Numbered from the whole stretch's first letter, positions 38,000 through 50,971 are shown. The stretch: DNA of 63,998 bases, filler included, from Lenisia limosa (GCA_001655205.1; 13 parts of 13 records of this genome joined end to end with filler, not necessarily neighbours in it), one strand, 5' to 3'. Numbers and translations: made by a program. Notes: a model not told the origin generated them from the letters alone.

Positions 38000-38173
38000 A
38001 GTACCTGAATTCCTGATAAACTGATCTGCCGAATGTATTTATATTATTACTCTTTTATGAAAATAAACAAAGGGGTAAGGAACAACCAATTAAGCCGAAC
38101 CGAATTGAATTAGCATAAAGTGCATTAACTTACGAAATTTGAAAGAATGGGAAGAAGGAATTAAATAGTTTGT

Positions 38174-41100
38174 TTAGCGGTTGTTTGACGTGGAGAACAA
38201 GACAGACTCTGAGGGTGTTACGACACGGTAATTTGAAACAAACACGAGCATTATTCGATTATTCAAGAGCACAAAATTACTGTTTGTTTGGAGTTTCAGA
38301 TTATTCGGTTGTGATTATTACCTTTACGCCACAATTCTTCATCGAAATATTCTTCGTCCCCCCCCTAACCAAAGTCGCCCTTGCCCTTCATAGTGAAGCC
38401 TTTGCTCTCGAGGGTAGACCCGGGGTTAAAGGCTCCTGGGCCGGGACCGAGTGAGCTGGTCTTTGGCTCGGTTTTGATGCCGAAACTATGTGACGGTCCC
38501 GTGTTGGACTTGGTCAGAGCATAGTCTCCGGGGCCTGGCGGGGGGGGGGGGNNNNNNNNNNNNNNNNNNNNNNNNNNNNNNNNNNNNNNNNNNNNNNNNN
38601 NNNNNNNNNNNNNAAATTAACCTACAAAATGTGCTAGAAGTGAATACAGACCTATTTTACATTAGATATGAAATGATATATTATCAATAGCTACTACAAT
38701 ATAACCTCCACAAACCAGGGGTGCTTTCGGGAGCTTTACTCTGGAACTTTCCACCCAGTGAGTAGGACGGTGCGTTGCCTTTGGTCTCAGCAGTTGAGTA
38801 GGCTCCCTGGACGGTTAAAAAAATACAATAACAAAAAAAGGCTAAATTGGTCATTTTGGACTGAAGTGAAGCTCTAATATCATAATACTATATGATATAT
38901 ATCCGACACAAAGTGAACACACTATCACATATCAGACATGGCACTAAGCCAAGCAGAACAAGCCACCCACGGGTCCTGGGGTGACATCTGTTCGACCATC
39001 CTTCGGCCGGGACGACATAGAAAAGGCCTTGGCATCCTTGGGGGTTGCGGGGTTGTAGGCTCCCGGGCCGGGGCCGTCAGCAAGTTTCTTCTCTCCGGCT
39101 CTGCCACTAAGATGTAAAGAAGTGGAGGGGGGGGGGNNNNNNNNNNNNNNNNNNNNNNNNNNNNNNNNNNNNNNNNNNNNNNNNNNNNNNNNNNNNNNNN
39201 NNNNNNNNNNNNNNNCTTCCCTCCGGTCCGGAAACAACCGTTTAAATATCGATATTTCGAAGATTTATCGAGAAATTCAGTTCTTTTTTTGGGACAGCAG
39301 GGAAGGCCTATTCATAACAAACGAATTAAGCAAAGTTCACCCGTAGGGGTAAGTCCGCACAAACGCTTACGAAAGAGTATATGAGGGACCCCCAGTGCCA
39401 ACAGAAGTGGAGGGTACTCCATACTGCCCTGCAAACATCAGAGAATCCCAGAAGCCAAAGCGGAAGAATAAAACAACGACCTTCACCCATCTCACCTGGT
39501 CCTGGGGTGACTTCGACCTTTTCGCTCCGCCGGCCCGTGAAGCTAAACGCTCCGCCTGCAGGCTTGGAGGGCGACAGAGAATAGGCTCCTGGACCAGGGC
39601 TGCTCTCCGCTATAAAGTCAGAAAAGACTAACAACCTTCAATGGCCATGGCCATGCTTACTTGACTTCTCAATATGGCGTCCCTTCATTGTCGCCGCCGG
39701 AGAGCTCTGGCCGATTGTGTTGATGCCTTCGGGACGATATGCTCCCGGCCCGGGAAGACTGTCGGTCTGGAGGGTGAAGAACAAGTCTAAACCAACCTTT
39801 AGATCCTTGGGCCTTCCACTCATAGAAGACGCACGCGAGTCCTGGGGGGTCAACACAAACGGTAAAACTTTTCTGAGGTAATAGAACATGGGGTCACAAA
39901 GGTGTCAAATTTACTCGATCAGCGCTATTTGGAGCCAGTAAGAAGGCTTACCTTGCCAATGGTACTGTTGATATTGTAGTCCATGGGGGACGGGGTCGTA
40001 TCGGAACTGGGGGTGAGAAACAGACCAAGCTAATGCAACGGGGGGGGGGGGNNNNNNNNNNNNNNNNNNNNNNNNNNNNNNNNNNNNNNNNNNNNNNNNN
40101 NNNNNNNNNNNNNNNNNNNNNNNNNNNNNNNNNNNNNNNNNNCCGAATAATTGAAACTCCAAAAATAAAAGTAAAAAAATAAGCAATAACAAACAGGTGT
40201 GAATTTTTACCGGCCGACTTTTTCAACTGGTGTCTTCCCGACATGGAAAACGAGGGGCCCTTGTGGACGGTGTCATTGGAGTAAGCGCCTGAGGGGTAAA
40301 CAATGAAAGGAAACTGTATGTATTTCAGAAACAGAATTAAAAAAGGGGATTTCGAAATGTAGAATTTCAGAAAAATACTAAATAGTGTTCTCAAAATGTC
40401 CAAAAAACAAGGGGGTCTTGAGCTGACCAGGTCCTGGGGTGCTGTCAGTTTTGGTGTCTTTATGGCGGCCTGACATTGAAAATGACTTCGAATCCTGTGA
40501 GGTGAACAAAGTGATATCACATTAAAGTGGGGACAGATACAATCGCAACAGAATAGTGAAGAGAAAGCACACCTTTCCGACGGTACTTCCGACGTTGTAG
40601 TCCAGAGGTGACGGCGTTGTCTCGGAACTGGAAGGTGGTTATTAGGGCGTCCCTACGGTCCGAAAAAAGACTGGTAAAATATCGATAATTATCGATGATT
40701 TATCGAGAAATTCAGCCTTGTTTGGGACCGCAGGGAAGCCCTAGTGGTTATGTACGGTAATATGACAGGATTAGAAAAGAAGGCTCAGTGATAACCTACG
40801 TGTTTTCCTTGAAGCGCCCTGAGAGGGAGTAGGAAGGGCCCTTTTTCTTTGTGTCATTACTCGTGTCATATGCACCTGAAGGGTTAAGGCCAAGAATCGA
40901 CAAAATACCCCCCATCCCATCATATATCTGAGCCTCAAACCAGGACCCGGGGAGGAAACACTGACTTTGTCCTTTGGTCGGCCTCCAAGGGTATAGGCTT
41001 TAGAGTTCTGGGGGGGGGGGGNNNNNNNNNNNNNNNNNNNNNNNNNNNNNNNNNNNNNNNNNNNNNNNNNNNNNNNNNNNNNNNNNNNNNNNNNNNNNNN

Positions 41101-44100
41101 NNNNNNNNNNNNNNNNNNNNNNNNNNNNNNNNNNNNNNNNNNNNNNNNNNNNNNNNNNNNNNNNNNNNNNNNNCACCTTGCCAATAGTACTGTTGATATT
41201 GTAGTCCATAGGGGATGGGGTCATATCGGAACTGGGGGGTGAAAAGTGATTGTGCCATTTGGACTGAAATGGTACTTCAGAAGTAAATATGACAATATTG
41301 AAATGGCGCGAGAGCCCCACGCATGAGTAGAGTGGCGGCCACCGAGGGAGTATGAGGGGGCCGTGCTGGCACGTTCATGGCCATAGGCGCCCGGGCCGGG
41401 GGTGCTGTCGTGCTTACTAGGGGGTTATGTGATGAAACTAATTCAGACAAGAGAATCAAAATAAATCATTGTGATGGATTTTCAATAAGAAAGAATCAAA
41501 AGTTAGAGAGAAGCCAAAGAAAGATATCAAACGCGGACTTGTCAATAGGACGGCCGCTGAGGGTGAAGCCCTTGCCTTTGCCCATGTCGGACGCAATGCT
41601 GTATTCACTAGGCCCTGGAGTGGCGTCATGAGTTTGGGCTGAGGGGCGCCCCGTGAGACTGAACTTGGGCCCGTGTCCACTCTGACTGTCCACGTTGTAG
41701 GCGCCGGGCCCGGGCGAATAGCCTTGTTGTTAGGGATTGTGGAGGGTTGAAATTGTGTCTCATATATAAAGGGTACATTAGGTGTGCGTTGAAGACAGCC
41801 ATACCCAAGCATACCGGTTCCACCAATGACTTTGTGACGCCCCTTCATTGAAGCCGCTTGGCCCTTTCCTTTGAAGTAAACGAATATACATCATTTAAAT
41901 ACACAGTAAGCGAAGAAAAATGTGGGTTCAAGGCTTCACTTTGTCCAAAAAAGACTGAATTTCTTTACACTCGATAAAAATCAATATTTGATGGGTCTTT
42001 TATGACAGAAGTGAAGCCCTAGTTTTAGTACAACCAAAAGACCCCTCTACCAAGAGTGCTTTGGACAGCATAGTCGCCCGGACCGGGGCCGACAAAACTG
42101 GCTGCGTCCTACGGTATGTCAAAGGTGGTGGACCAAGTTTGTGTGATTTATCGAAATAGAAGCAAATCACCACAATCGTGTGTACAAACTTGGTGTCTGC
42201 CCGCGAGACTCCAGCCCTTCTTGTTGTCAAACTGTGATGTGGCGCCGTAGGCATTGGGCCCTGGTGTCTCAGGTGCTGTGACGGGACGAGTACGGCCTCC
42301 TGATACTTTAGACCTACCCTTCCACAAATACGAAAGACTAAATACACGAACAATAGAAATAACTCAATTGTTGATAAATCAATGATAATTAATTATGGAA
42401 GACTAAAAAACCACATTATAATACCCACCAAGCGAATATGAAGGGGTTGATCTGCGGATGTTTCTGTCATTAGAGGTGTATGCAGCCGGACCAGGAGACT
42501 CAGGGGTGCTTTCCAGGGCCTTATTGCGCCCTGACTGGGTTAAAAAGGCAATATTTTGAGTATTCAGGAGCGAAGCATTCACCCCCAAGCGACTTCAAAT
42601 CGTTCGAAAAAAGACTGAATTTCTAGAAAAACTATCAATATTTTAGTATTCTTTTTCGAACCGAAGTGAAACCCTACCCCAAGGCAGATCATGATGCATG
42701 ATGATGTTGATCAAACGCAACCAGCCCACCGGAGAGAGTGAAAGACGGGGCGTGGCGTGCAACAGGCCTGTCATCATTGCCATATGCACCGGGTCCCGGA
42801 GTGCGGTCTGAAGTGTGCTCACTGGGTCGTCCTGGGGGGGGGGGGNNNNNNNNNNNNNNNNNNNNNNNNNNNNNNNNNNNNNNNNNNNNNNNNNNNNNNN
42901 NNNNNNNNNNNNNNNNNNNNNNNNNNNNNNNNNNNNNNNNNNNNNNNNNNNNNNNNNNNNNNNNNNNNNNNNNNNNNNNNNNNNNNNNNNNNNNNNNNNN
43001 NNNNNNNNNNNNNNNNNNNNNNNNNNNNNNNNNNNNNNNNNNGTGAATTAGCACCCAAGAGTAGGAAGTAACACGAATGTTGTGCCCGTTTCAAAGATAC
43101 AGTGACCAGGATAAGTCTTGACCGATTTGCAGAAATTCCCCATGGAAAACCCGTCAAGACTTATCACAGTTGTGTATTTGCAATAAATTCGTCAAAAATG
43201 TCGTTCAGCGGACCCACTGAGGAACACCTAAATAATATCAGCCATATTTGGCCCAAGTAACAATAAAGGGCAGACGCACCTGAGAGGGAGAAATGAGGGC
43301 CCATGCCAATGGTGCTCTGAACATTGTAGTCATTTGGCGAGGGTCCGGAGTCACCTACTCCGTGACGAAAATGTTGGATGAAAGACTCTTGAACGATATG
43401 GACAAGAAGACGATACCATATTACAATAAACACACCCTTTTTAGCAGCATAGCGGCCACCGAGGGAGTAAGAGGGGGCAGATTTGAGGGTCCTCTCTTTT
43501 ACGGGTTCATAGTCCAAGGGAGAGGGGGTAATATCAACTAAAAGTGTGAAGGAGAGGAAGCTTGTTGGTACAGAGTTCAAAAAGAAAGGCTGAACTCAAG
43601 AGAGAAAACCACCCTTAACTGGCTCTTCGGATTTGACAAAATATTTAACCACTACCCCACGCTTTTGGTCCTTGGGGCGGCTCTTCATTGAGGCGGCGGG
43701 GGAACGGCCCATTGTGTCCATTGCGGTGTAGGCGGCCGGGCCCGGAGATTGTGTGGTGGCTGAATGATCAAATACCACTAAACAGCTGCCAATGGTGATA
43801 TGTAGCACATTGAGAAAAGGGTTTTTGCGTTTCTGTGTATTTCATATCATAGTATATATAATACATGGTATACGATATATACTGAACAATATGACATTAA
43901 AGAAGCCATTTAAAATAAGAAATATGAAATAACAAATTAATAATTTGGAAATATGATGTTTGCATGAAGGGAACAAAAGGTCTTGACACAACCAACCTCC
44001 AAGTTCCTTTGGCTTTCCAGCAATTGAAAAAGCGGGCTTGCCTCGTCCCTATAAGGAGGTCAAGAAAGAAAGATCGGATTGAACAAACCAGTTGGTCATG

Positions 44101-44900
44101 GTTGGTGTATGCGTTCGGTCCAGGAGTAACGTCTAAAGAATCAGAAATCAGTGCGCTTGTGCATATCTCTTGCTTGATGGTATTAAACGCCTTGCTCACT
44201 CAACCCATACCAGATTTTCCGGGAGCAGTACGGGGACGCATGCTGAAGGACGGTCCTCCGAAACCAGACCTGCAGCAGTAAGAAACAACTCTGTTGTACA
44301 AAAATTCGACGACTTCTCTTCAAAAAATCCCCCAAAATCACTTCAATTAGCCTCCTTTAACACCTTTTCTTGAGGCAAAGTTGTCGAACTTTTTCGGTTC
44401 CAACATTTCCAACCCCCTGCGGCCAACTGCCCCCCAAGGAATTAGATTGACTGACCCCGGTATGCGAAAAAAAACCAACAACAAGAGGTGAGAGGGTGGT
44501 TCACAGAAAATGCAAAAAAAATATGCTGCTTCATAGAAGACCAGTAAATACAAAACCAAAAAGAATTGGTTCCTTTTCCCCTCAGATCGTGTGCCTAATG
44601 ATGGGAGGGTGTGGCAGAAAAATGCAAGAATAAGAAAAGCTCCCTCAATCCCACTTTGGGGCATAAGCTGCAGGTCCTGGTGATTGAACTGCAGTGGTAA
44701 CATGGCGCTTGGTCACGGCATGCTCAAGTTCCATTTTAGCAGTGTTTGTGTTCTGAGGAACTGTAAGACATCCTGCCCAAAAATTCACCAATCAAGTTTG
44801 TACCGCTTTTTCCTACTCTATGTTGAGTTTTAGTTCCAGGGGGCGACTGTCCTGGAGGAATTGGTCCACCGCGCCTTGGAGTACGTGGAGGAGTTGCCAT
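38174..44900 (-). CDS. SHIPPO/STPG (PGPGAY) repeat protein, ODF3/CIMAP1-like ciliary microtubule-associated protein, more than 25 exons
   Basis: MATPPRTPRRGG...; about 20 or more (S/T)PGPGxY or TPSPxDY motifs, each followed by P(S/A)(F/Y)S(L/M)xGR. Last exon tentatively ...GDFE SVLFSTSNNR* (38174). Confidence 0.88.
38288..38365 (+). mobile_element. Family C copy, antisense to the host gene, abutting a donor
   Basis: GGAGTTTCAGATTATTCGGTTGTGATTATTACCTTTACGCC...CATCGAAATATTCTTCGTCCCCCCCC then TAAC; on the minus strand GTTAG-(G)n. Confidence 0.7.
39216..39308. mobile_element. MITE family A, subfamily 2
   Basis: CTTCCCTCCGGTCCGG...TTTGGGACAGCAGGGAAGGCC followed by TA. Confidence 0.7.
40645..40741. 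mobile_element. MITE family A, subfamily 2
   Basis: TA|GGGCGTCCCTACGGTCCGAAAAAAGAC...GGGACCGCAGGGAAGCCC|TA, 97 bp. Confidence 0.85.
41931..42019. mobile_element. MITE family A
   Basis: AGGCTTCACTTTGTCCAAAAAAGACTGAATTTC...CAGAAGTGAAGCCC followed by TA. Confidence 0.8.
42590..42674. mobile_element. MITE family A
   Basis: CGTTCGAAAAAAGACTGAATTTC...TTTTTCGAACCGAAGTGAAACCC followed by TA. Confidence 0.75.
43100..43170. mobile_element. MITE family E (Tc1/mariner-like termini)
   Basis: TA|CAGTGACCAGGATAAGTCTTGACC...GTCAAGACTTATCACAG; the same TIR occurs at 60724-60781 and 63503. Confidence 0.6.
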
Positions 44901-45343
44901 AGTTGTCAAAAACTTCAGCTCAGCGGCTTACTCGCGAAATAGTTATGGTACCTTTGTTGACAATGAACTACAAGAGATATTAGTACTTTTCCGACTCAAA
45001 GTAAACCCAATTTATATTTCAGTGCGTTATATGCACTGTATAGTCCCATACCTTTCTTAGGTGTCGGGGAATTTGGAATAACTGACCCGTCAGTCTCTCG
45101 CTTGCTATACTATGCAAACTTATATAATGCTATGACTATGATGCGTTGATAACAGAGATGTAGGAGCAAATATCTGAGGAAAAAAAATCCACACAAAGGG
45201 GCGAAAATTGATCAGCAAAAGTTCCTTTTTACGGTGGCGAGGCAGCTGATAATGAACAATAATTTTCTTTTTTGATTCTCTAAATTGGGTGTTTGTAGGA
45301 GAAATGAAATACTATTATATCTAAATAAACAGCACTATCAAGA

Positions 45344-46400
45344 ATGGCGGACCTTACGGTGGTTCCCCCAAAAGAATATTGGGCTGCAGTGGATACAACC
45401 AAGTTTTATGAGTGGGAGAAGACTGAATCTCTTGTAGGACGAAACTGGGAGCGACTCTATGGCAGTAACAAAGCTTTGCTTCAATCAGCTTTGACACTTG
45501 TAAGCCTCTCTTTCCACCTACCGCCGCTTAACGCATTTCTTTTTCTGTGTAACCCTCAGGACCCTTACATTCACAATGATGACGAGATTCCCACGTCCTT
45601 TGACGACTGGTTTTCTGAAATCCCTCGCATCAAGAAGTACATCCCACCTTCAGAAGTGCAGCAAAAGAGCAGGCAGAAAAAAGTGGGTGATCTTTGAATT
45701 TAACTGATACGGAGACCTTCCTCCATTTACTTGATTTCAAATGGAAGGGACATTTTTCAGTAAAAAGCAAAACGACCGCTTCATCGGGACTGATGGAGAG
45801 GTTAGCGAGAGTCGATGACATTATGTTAGGTCGCTGCACCGCCTCGTGTTGTGCCGCCTGTAGAACGCCCGGTTACTCGTCGTACAGCCCCCACTCCTGA
45901 ACCCTTCCTGCCGCCGCCGTCCCCGGTCGAGCCCATGTTGGAGGCAAGGTGCGTTTATGCTCAATATGGTTACATATAATACCATTCTAGCTAAGCACAT
46001 CCGTTTAATGTCATGGTAAAACCGGGTGCTCAACATTCCGTTTTTTTAGTGTTCCTATTATTTCGCAGTTTAGAAACGGCAAACCTTTTTAAAACAACTA
46101 TCACCAGATTTTTGTTTATCTTGGCATTCTTAGCACTCACCATTGCAGTGGAATAGTCCCACAAGTCACCCCTGAGCCGTATTCACCATCTCCATCCCCC
46201 GGGCCGCAGTTTGAGTAGGCCTAATACTACCCATATTGTTGTTGAGCATCATATCTTTGGATATAGAAAAATATGTATTGCATGGGATATCCACATAAGC
46301 TGTCACAACTACTCCACTTCTGCTCTGGGTGATGTTTGCTAACTATTTAGAGTTACACCGGAGCCAACAGAATCTGAATGTTGGAAGCGGCAAGTGGTTT
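45344..46400 (+). CDS. Unknown protein, N-terminal part (3' truncated)
   Basis: MADLTVVPPKEYWAAVDTTKFYEWEKTESLVGRNWERLYGSNKALLQSALTL|DPYIHNDDEIPTSFDDWFSEIPRIKKYIPP...|VAAPPRVVPPVERPV; good start context and in-phase GT-AG introns. Confidence 0.65.
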
Positions 46401-46412
46401 CAATTTTTACAC

Positions 46413-46512
46413 NNNNNNNNNNNNNNNNNNNNNNNNNNNNNNNNNNNNNNNNNNNNTTAATTAATTAANNNNNNNNNNNNNNNNNNNNNNNNNNNNNNNN
46501 NNNNNNNNNNNN
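46413..46512. other. Artificial scaffold-joining linker
   Basis: 44 N + TTAATTAATTAA (46457-46468) + 44 N. Confidence 0.97.
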
Positions 46513-47509
46513 AATCTGGAGGCAGGGCAAGTAGGACGAACCCGGCAGCCTAGGTGGGGTCAACGCCATCATATATGGTATATTTTATTATACATAATAT
46601 ATATATATTATATACTGATACTATTATAATATTTAAACGCATAGTGCAAGCAAAATGATGATATCACCGACTTTCAACTCGAAATATGAACGAAGATAAC
46701 AAGAGGGTTCCCGAGTGTATCAAAGTACAATTGAGTTAATTATCATAAGAGTTGTTGTTTGTTCCACCTTTTGTTTGTTACCTATTATTTGTTCAAAGTG
46801 AAAAATATTATCATAATATTATCTCTTATAAGCGTGATGGTGTGGACCAGATACAACCTTGCTTTATTTCTCATCTCCCTGAATTATTTGTTTCATCTGT
46901 TCCTTTTATTTATTTTACCCCCAGGATATTACTTGTTCCACCTGTTACTTTTTTATTTTTATTTTTTGTTTTATCAACAAGACAACTTGATACATATGTT
47001 TCACGTGTTATTTCCTTGACCTAAAGGTTATTTGTCTCACCCTTTCAGTGGCACAAGTGGTCCCCCTCCAGCGCGTCCACCCTCAGTAATGGGGGTGTGT
47101 TTTAAAAGGAGGCTCAATATCCGTTTCAGGACTTATAGCAGTCACGGTATCTTTTTATTTCTATCATCATGAATCTGACTTTCCCCGCATCTTCGTATAA
47201 AACCTTTTTCTATTCCTAGTCTTTATTTAATGTTTTGTATTCATGCGCATATTATACATGTATAATACATGACTTCTTTCCTATAAGAAAGCACCGAGTT
47301 TTTCCTTGGAGTGGTTGTCTGCTTTTTTACAAGGAGTTTTTTGGCCGGAAAATACGAGTTTACGAAGCGAAAACTCCGAGTAACAAAAGTAAGACAACCA
47401 TGTGGGAAAAAACGAGGGGGAAGTCGAATGGAAAATACTTGAGTCGGGATATTTCCACTTTTCTAGTGATTTTCTGGGAACAGTTTTTCCTATCCATGAC
47501 ACTTTTCAG

Positions 47510-47990
47510 ACAACGTCACGCCCTCGGCAGCCGCCTGCTAAAGTATGAAGAGAGGGGGGGGGGGGNNNNNNNNNNNNNNNNNNNNNNNNNNNNNNNNNNN
47601 NNNNNNNNNNNNNNNNNNNNNNNNNNNNNNNNNNNNNNNNNNNNNNNTCCAATATCGAAGTGGTCGGCTTCGGCCAGATGCCAACTTGACAGTATAATAC
47701 ATGTTTCTATTTTTATGGGATCTCTATCGGCGATAAGTCCTCCATATACATGACCTCCAAGGGCCCTCCAGCTCGTCAGACCCCAAACAGGCCTGTTGTC
47801 CCCCCCAGGCCGGCAGAAAATGGTGCAAGGGAGGGGGATGAGATGGGGGAGCAGAAAACGGAAGTAGTTTGTCTTTCGAGCATTTTTCTCCATTTACAGT
47901 AACTAACTTCGCAGTGTTTGCTGATGAAGCAAGTCCAGTCGTACAGCGTCGTAGACCTGCTGCTTCCGGTGAGCGTTTTGAGAGAGCGTC
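47510..47990 (-). CDS. Probable exons of an unknown gene
   Basis: Short AG...GT-bounded GC-richer segments, e.g. TLSQNAHRKQQVYDAVRLDLLHQQTLR and QAAAEGVTLSE; not assembled. Confidence 0.3.
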
Positions 47991-48590
47991 TAAATGTATG
48001 TATGTATAATCATGAGTATAAACCGGTCAAATATCGATATTTATCGATGATATATTTCGATGATTCACAGATCTTTCTTTTTCTTACCTGGGTTAATCCT
48101 TATGAAATTGAATCTAGAGAGGCATATTATTCCTTGTCATTTCTATTTAGGGCAATGAATAATGGCACAAATGAAGTCTTTAAACAGAAACTTGAAGAGC
48201 AAGAAAACAATATTTTACCGATCTCATCATTTTTCTCATTTTTACAGTGAGTGATGGACCTCCCACCCATGCGGCCCCGTCTCCTCCTGCTGCAACCCCC
48301 GCAAGGTCTGAGGTCTACTCGGGTAACCCGTTGATCGGGAAATCGCTTATGGGTTTGGTTTTCTTGGATACTCGGTTGTTTGGAGATTAGGTTATTTGAA
48401 GAATAGGATATTTGGATACCAGGTTATTTGGTCTTTACTTCCTTGGGGAATTTTATTCTAGTCATGGGTTTCTTGGGCTTGGCTTTCATGTTCATAGATA
48501 TTATTCTTACAGGTCTTTTGAAGATCAAAGTTAGGCTCAAATCGTGGCTCATAACGTTGAAATTCAAATCGTAGCAGCAAAAAAAAAAAA

Positions 48591-48690
48591 NNNNNNNNNN
48601 NNNNNNNNNNNNNNNNNNNNNNNNNNNNNNNNNNTTAATTAATTAANNNNNNNNNNNNNNNNNNNNNNNNNNNNNNNNNNNNNNNNNNNN
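48591..48690. other. Artificial scaffold-joining linker
   Basis: 44 N + TTAATTAATTAA (48635-48646) + 44 N. Confidence 0.97.
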
Positions 48691-49556
48691 CACTTCTCTG
48701 GCTTACCCCCCCACCCCACCTTAGCAGTGTCCACTTCTCTGGCGTTCTCAGCCTGGCTAACTTCCGAATCGACAATCAACTGATCATGCGCCTAGAGGGT
48801 CAAGAAAGAAAAACTTCTTGATGATCATGTGCCGGTAAGTGAAATACGCATCTTGCGCTTTTCTTCGGACTAGGTAGGGCTTCATTTCGGTCCGAAAATA
48901 GACATATAATCTATCAACCCCCCTCTAACCGATAGAGCGGCGGNNNNNNNNNNNNNNNNNNNNNNNNNNNNNNNNNNNNNNNNNNNNNNNNNNNNNNNNN
49001 NNNNNNNNNNNNNNNNNNNNNNNNNNNNNNNNNNNNNNNNNNNNNNNNNNNNNNNNNNNNNNNNAATGGCTAGCTGCGACCTTCGGAGTCATATTTTGAT
49101 TTTGGAATTCAAAAAGAGCCATCAAAGCCCTTTTTCATATTATTAAAAAAAACCCACGAAAAAAAGCAAGCTCACGAGGAAGGGGGATGGAATAGCAAGT
49201 TCTCGAGTTTGAGGTCTCTATGGCAAATAGACTTACTGTGAATGAAAACTAAAATTGTGAACAGGGGATTTAAATTGGACAATTTATGAAACAAAAAAAG
49301 GCCTTACAAACCTGTCGGCTAGCAACACTTTACGGTTGAAATAATAATAAAACAGACTAGTAGCGCGTCACATTCCCCTTCTATCCTTTTATTTTGGTTG
49401 AAACCTTCTTTTTCCATTAAATTTAAACGCTTCACTTACAAACACAACAACAGNNNNNNNNNNNNNNNNNNNNNNNNNNNNNNNNNNNNNNNNNNNNNNN
49501 NNNNNNNNNNNNNNNNNNNNNNNNNNNNNNNNNNNNNNNNNNNNNNNNNNNNNNNN

Positions 49557-50862
49557 GACAGGGAGGGCAAAAACGCCAGATGAAAGGTCTTCCATAACCT
49601 TCAATAGGTCGCCACAGGGAGCAAATTCAGCTGGAGTGTCACTTGTTTGCGGTAATGTCTCTAGTCACTATTGAATTGGTTTGTTTGGAGTAAAGTCTCT
49701 ATTGATTGCATTAAAGTCTCTATTGAAACTATTTAAGCTATAAGCCCTTCACTTTTTAGATAAACTTACGGTGTGCATATGAGTGGATAAAAAGAAAGTT
49801 AAGAATGGAAAAAGCTGTGGATAACTTATGGTAAGATTGGGTAATTTGGTGGGGTTGAGAAGGCTGATAATTAGTTTTGCGGTGTAATTATTTATGTATT
49901 AATATATCCCTCGATTATATCGTCTTGCTGTCAAAACAAAAGAGAATGGGACTTTCTGTAAGATTATGAATTAAAAACACATTTACATATAATATAATGT
50001 ATAACCCCCCCCCCCCCNNNNNNNNNNNNNNNNNNNNNNNNNNNNNNNNNNNNNNNNNNNNNNNNNNNNNNNNNNNNNNNNNNNNNNNNNNNNNNNNNGA
50101 TTGTCAAGGTAAACATATAAAAATTTAGATTTCACTTTAGTCCTGAAAATGGCAAGATTTCCCTTTATTGATACTAGATAGGTATAATACAGGCATCGCA
50201 GGGCAGAAAGGGTTCAGCCCATGAAAATGAATCCAAAATACTAGCCATATGATATCCATTAATATCATATACAAAACAGCTCATCAAAGCTCACGAACCT
50301 GGTCAACAATATGCTTGTGTCTCAGAATTTTGAGAAGTCGAACTTCGTTATCCATGCGTCTCTTAGCCTAAAAAATGCGAAGTTATCCAATAAAGCAGTA
50401 GTGATTAGTTATCAATAAGTTAGCATTTATCATTTCCTTGCACCTCCCCCCCCCACAAACATCTTTCATTTCCTGGAGTTGTTCCTTCAAAAAGACTTTC
50501 ATCGCCACTTGTTGGTCGGAATCTGTTTACGTCATTGATTTTGAAGATTGTACAAATATATCAAAAAAAAAGGTGAAAGTGTGATATGCACAAAGTCATG
50601 TATCAATATGTATTGTTTGTATGCACAAGAGTGCCGTGAAGGACAATTTATGACATAAATGTGGAAGCGAGCAAATAGAAACTGTTTATCAGACAAACAA
50701 ATACCCATTCACAAATAATAATGAAAAAAAACTCGCCCGAAATACCCATCAAACCTCTGTTTGACGCCAGTACCACCCTGGCCAAAGAGCCTCTCTCGAG
50801 ATGCCTGCCAATGATATAGGGTCCGACTCTTCGCATCCCAGCGAGCAGTGTGTCCAAGCTGC
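49557..50862 (-). CDS. Ser/Thr protein kinase (CAMK/AMPK-like N-lobe), partial
   Basis: RRVGPYIIGRHLERGSLARVVLASN|DSDQQVAMKVFLKEQLQEMKD|AKRRMDNEVRLLKILRHKHIVDQ...EFAPCGDLLKVME (subdomains I-V). Confidence 0.75.
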
Positions 50863-50875
50863 AGTATAATATATA

Positions 50876-50971
50876 CGGCTTCACTTCGGTTCAAAAAAAA
50901 CGGGGAAAATATTGATAATTTTCGACAATCTATCGATAGTTTCAGTCTTTTTTCGAACCGAAGTGAAGCCC
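50876..50971. mobile_element. MITE family A
   Basis: TA|CGGCTTCACTTCGGTTC...TTTTTTCGAACCGAAGTGAAGCCC; reverse core. Confidence 0.85.

Noticed and set aside
38365-38367. TAG at 38365 as the SHIPPO gene stop
   Set aside because: It more likely belongs to a GTTAG donor followed by a G-run, because an in-phase terminal exon with TAA exists at 38174-38208. Not certain without cDNA.
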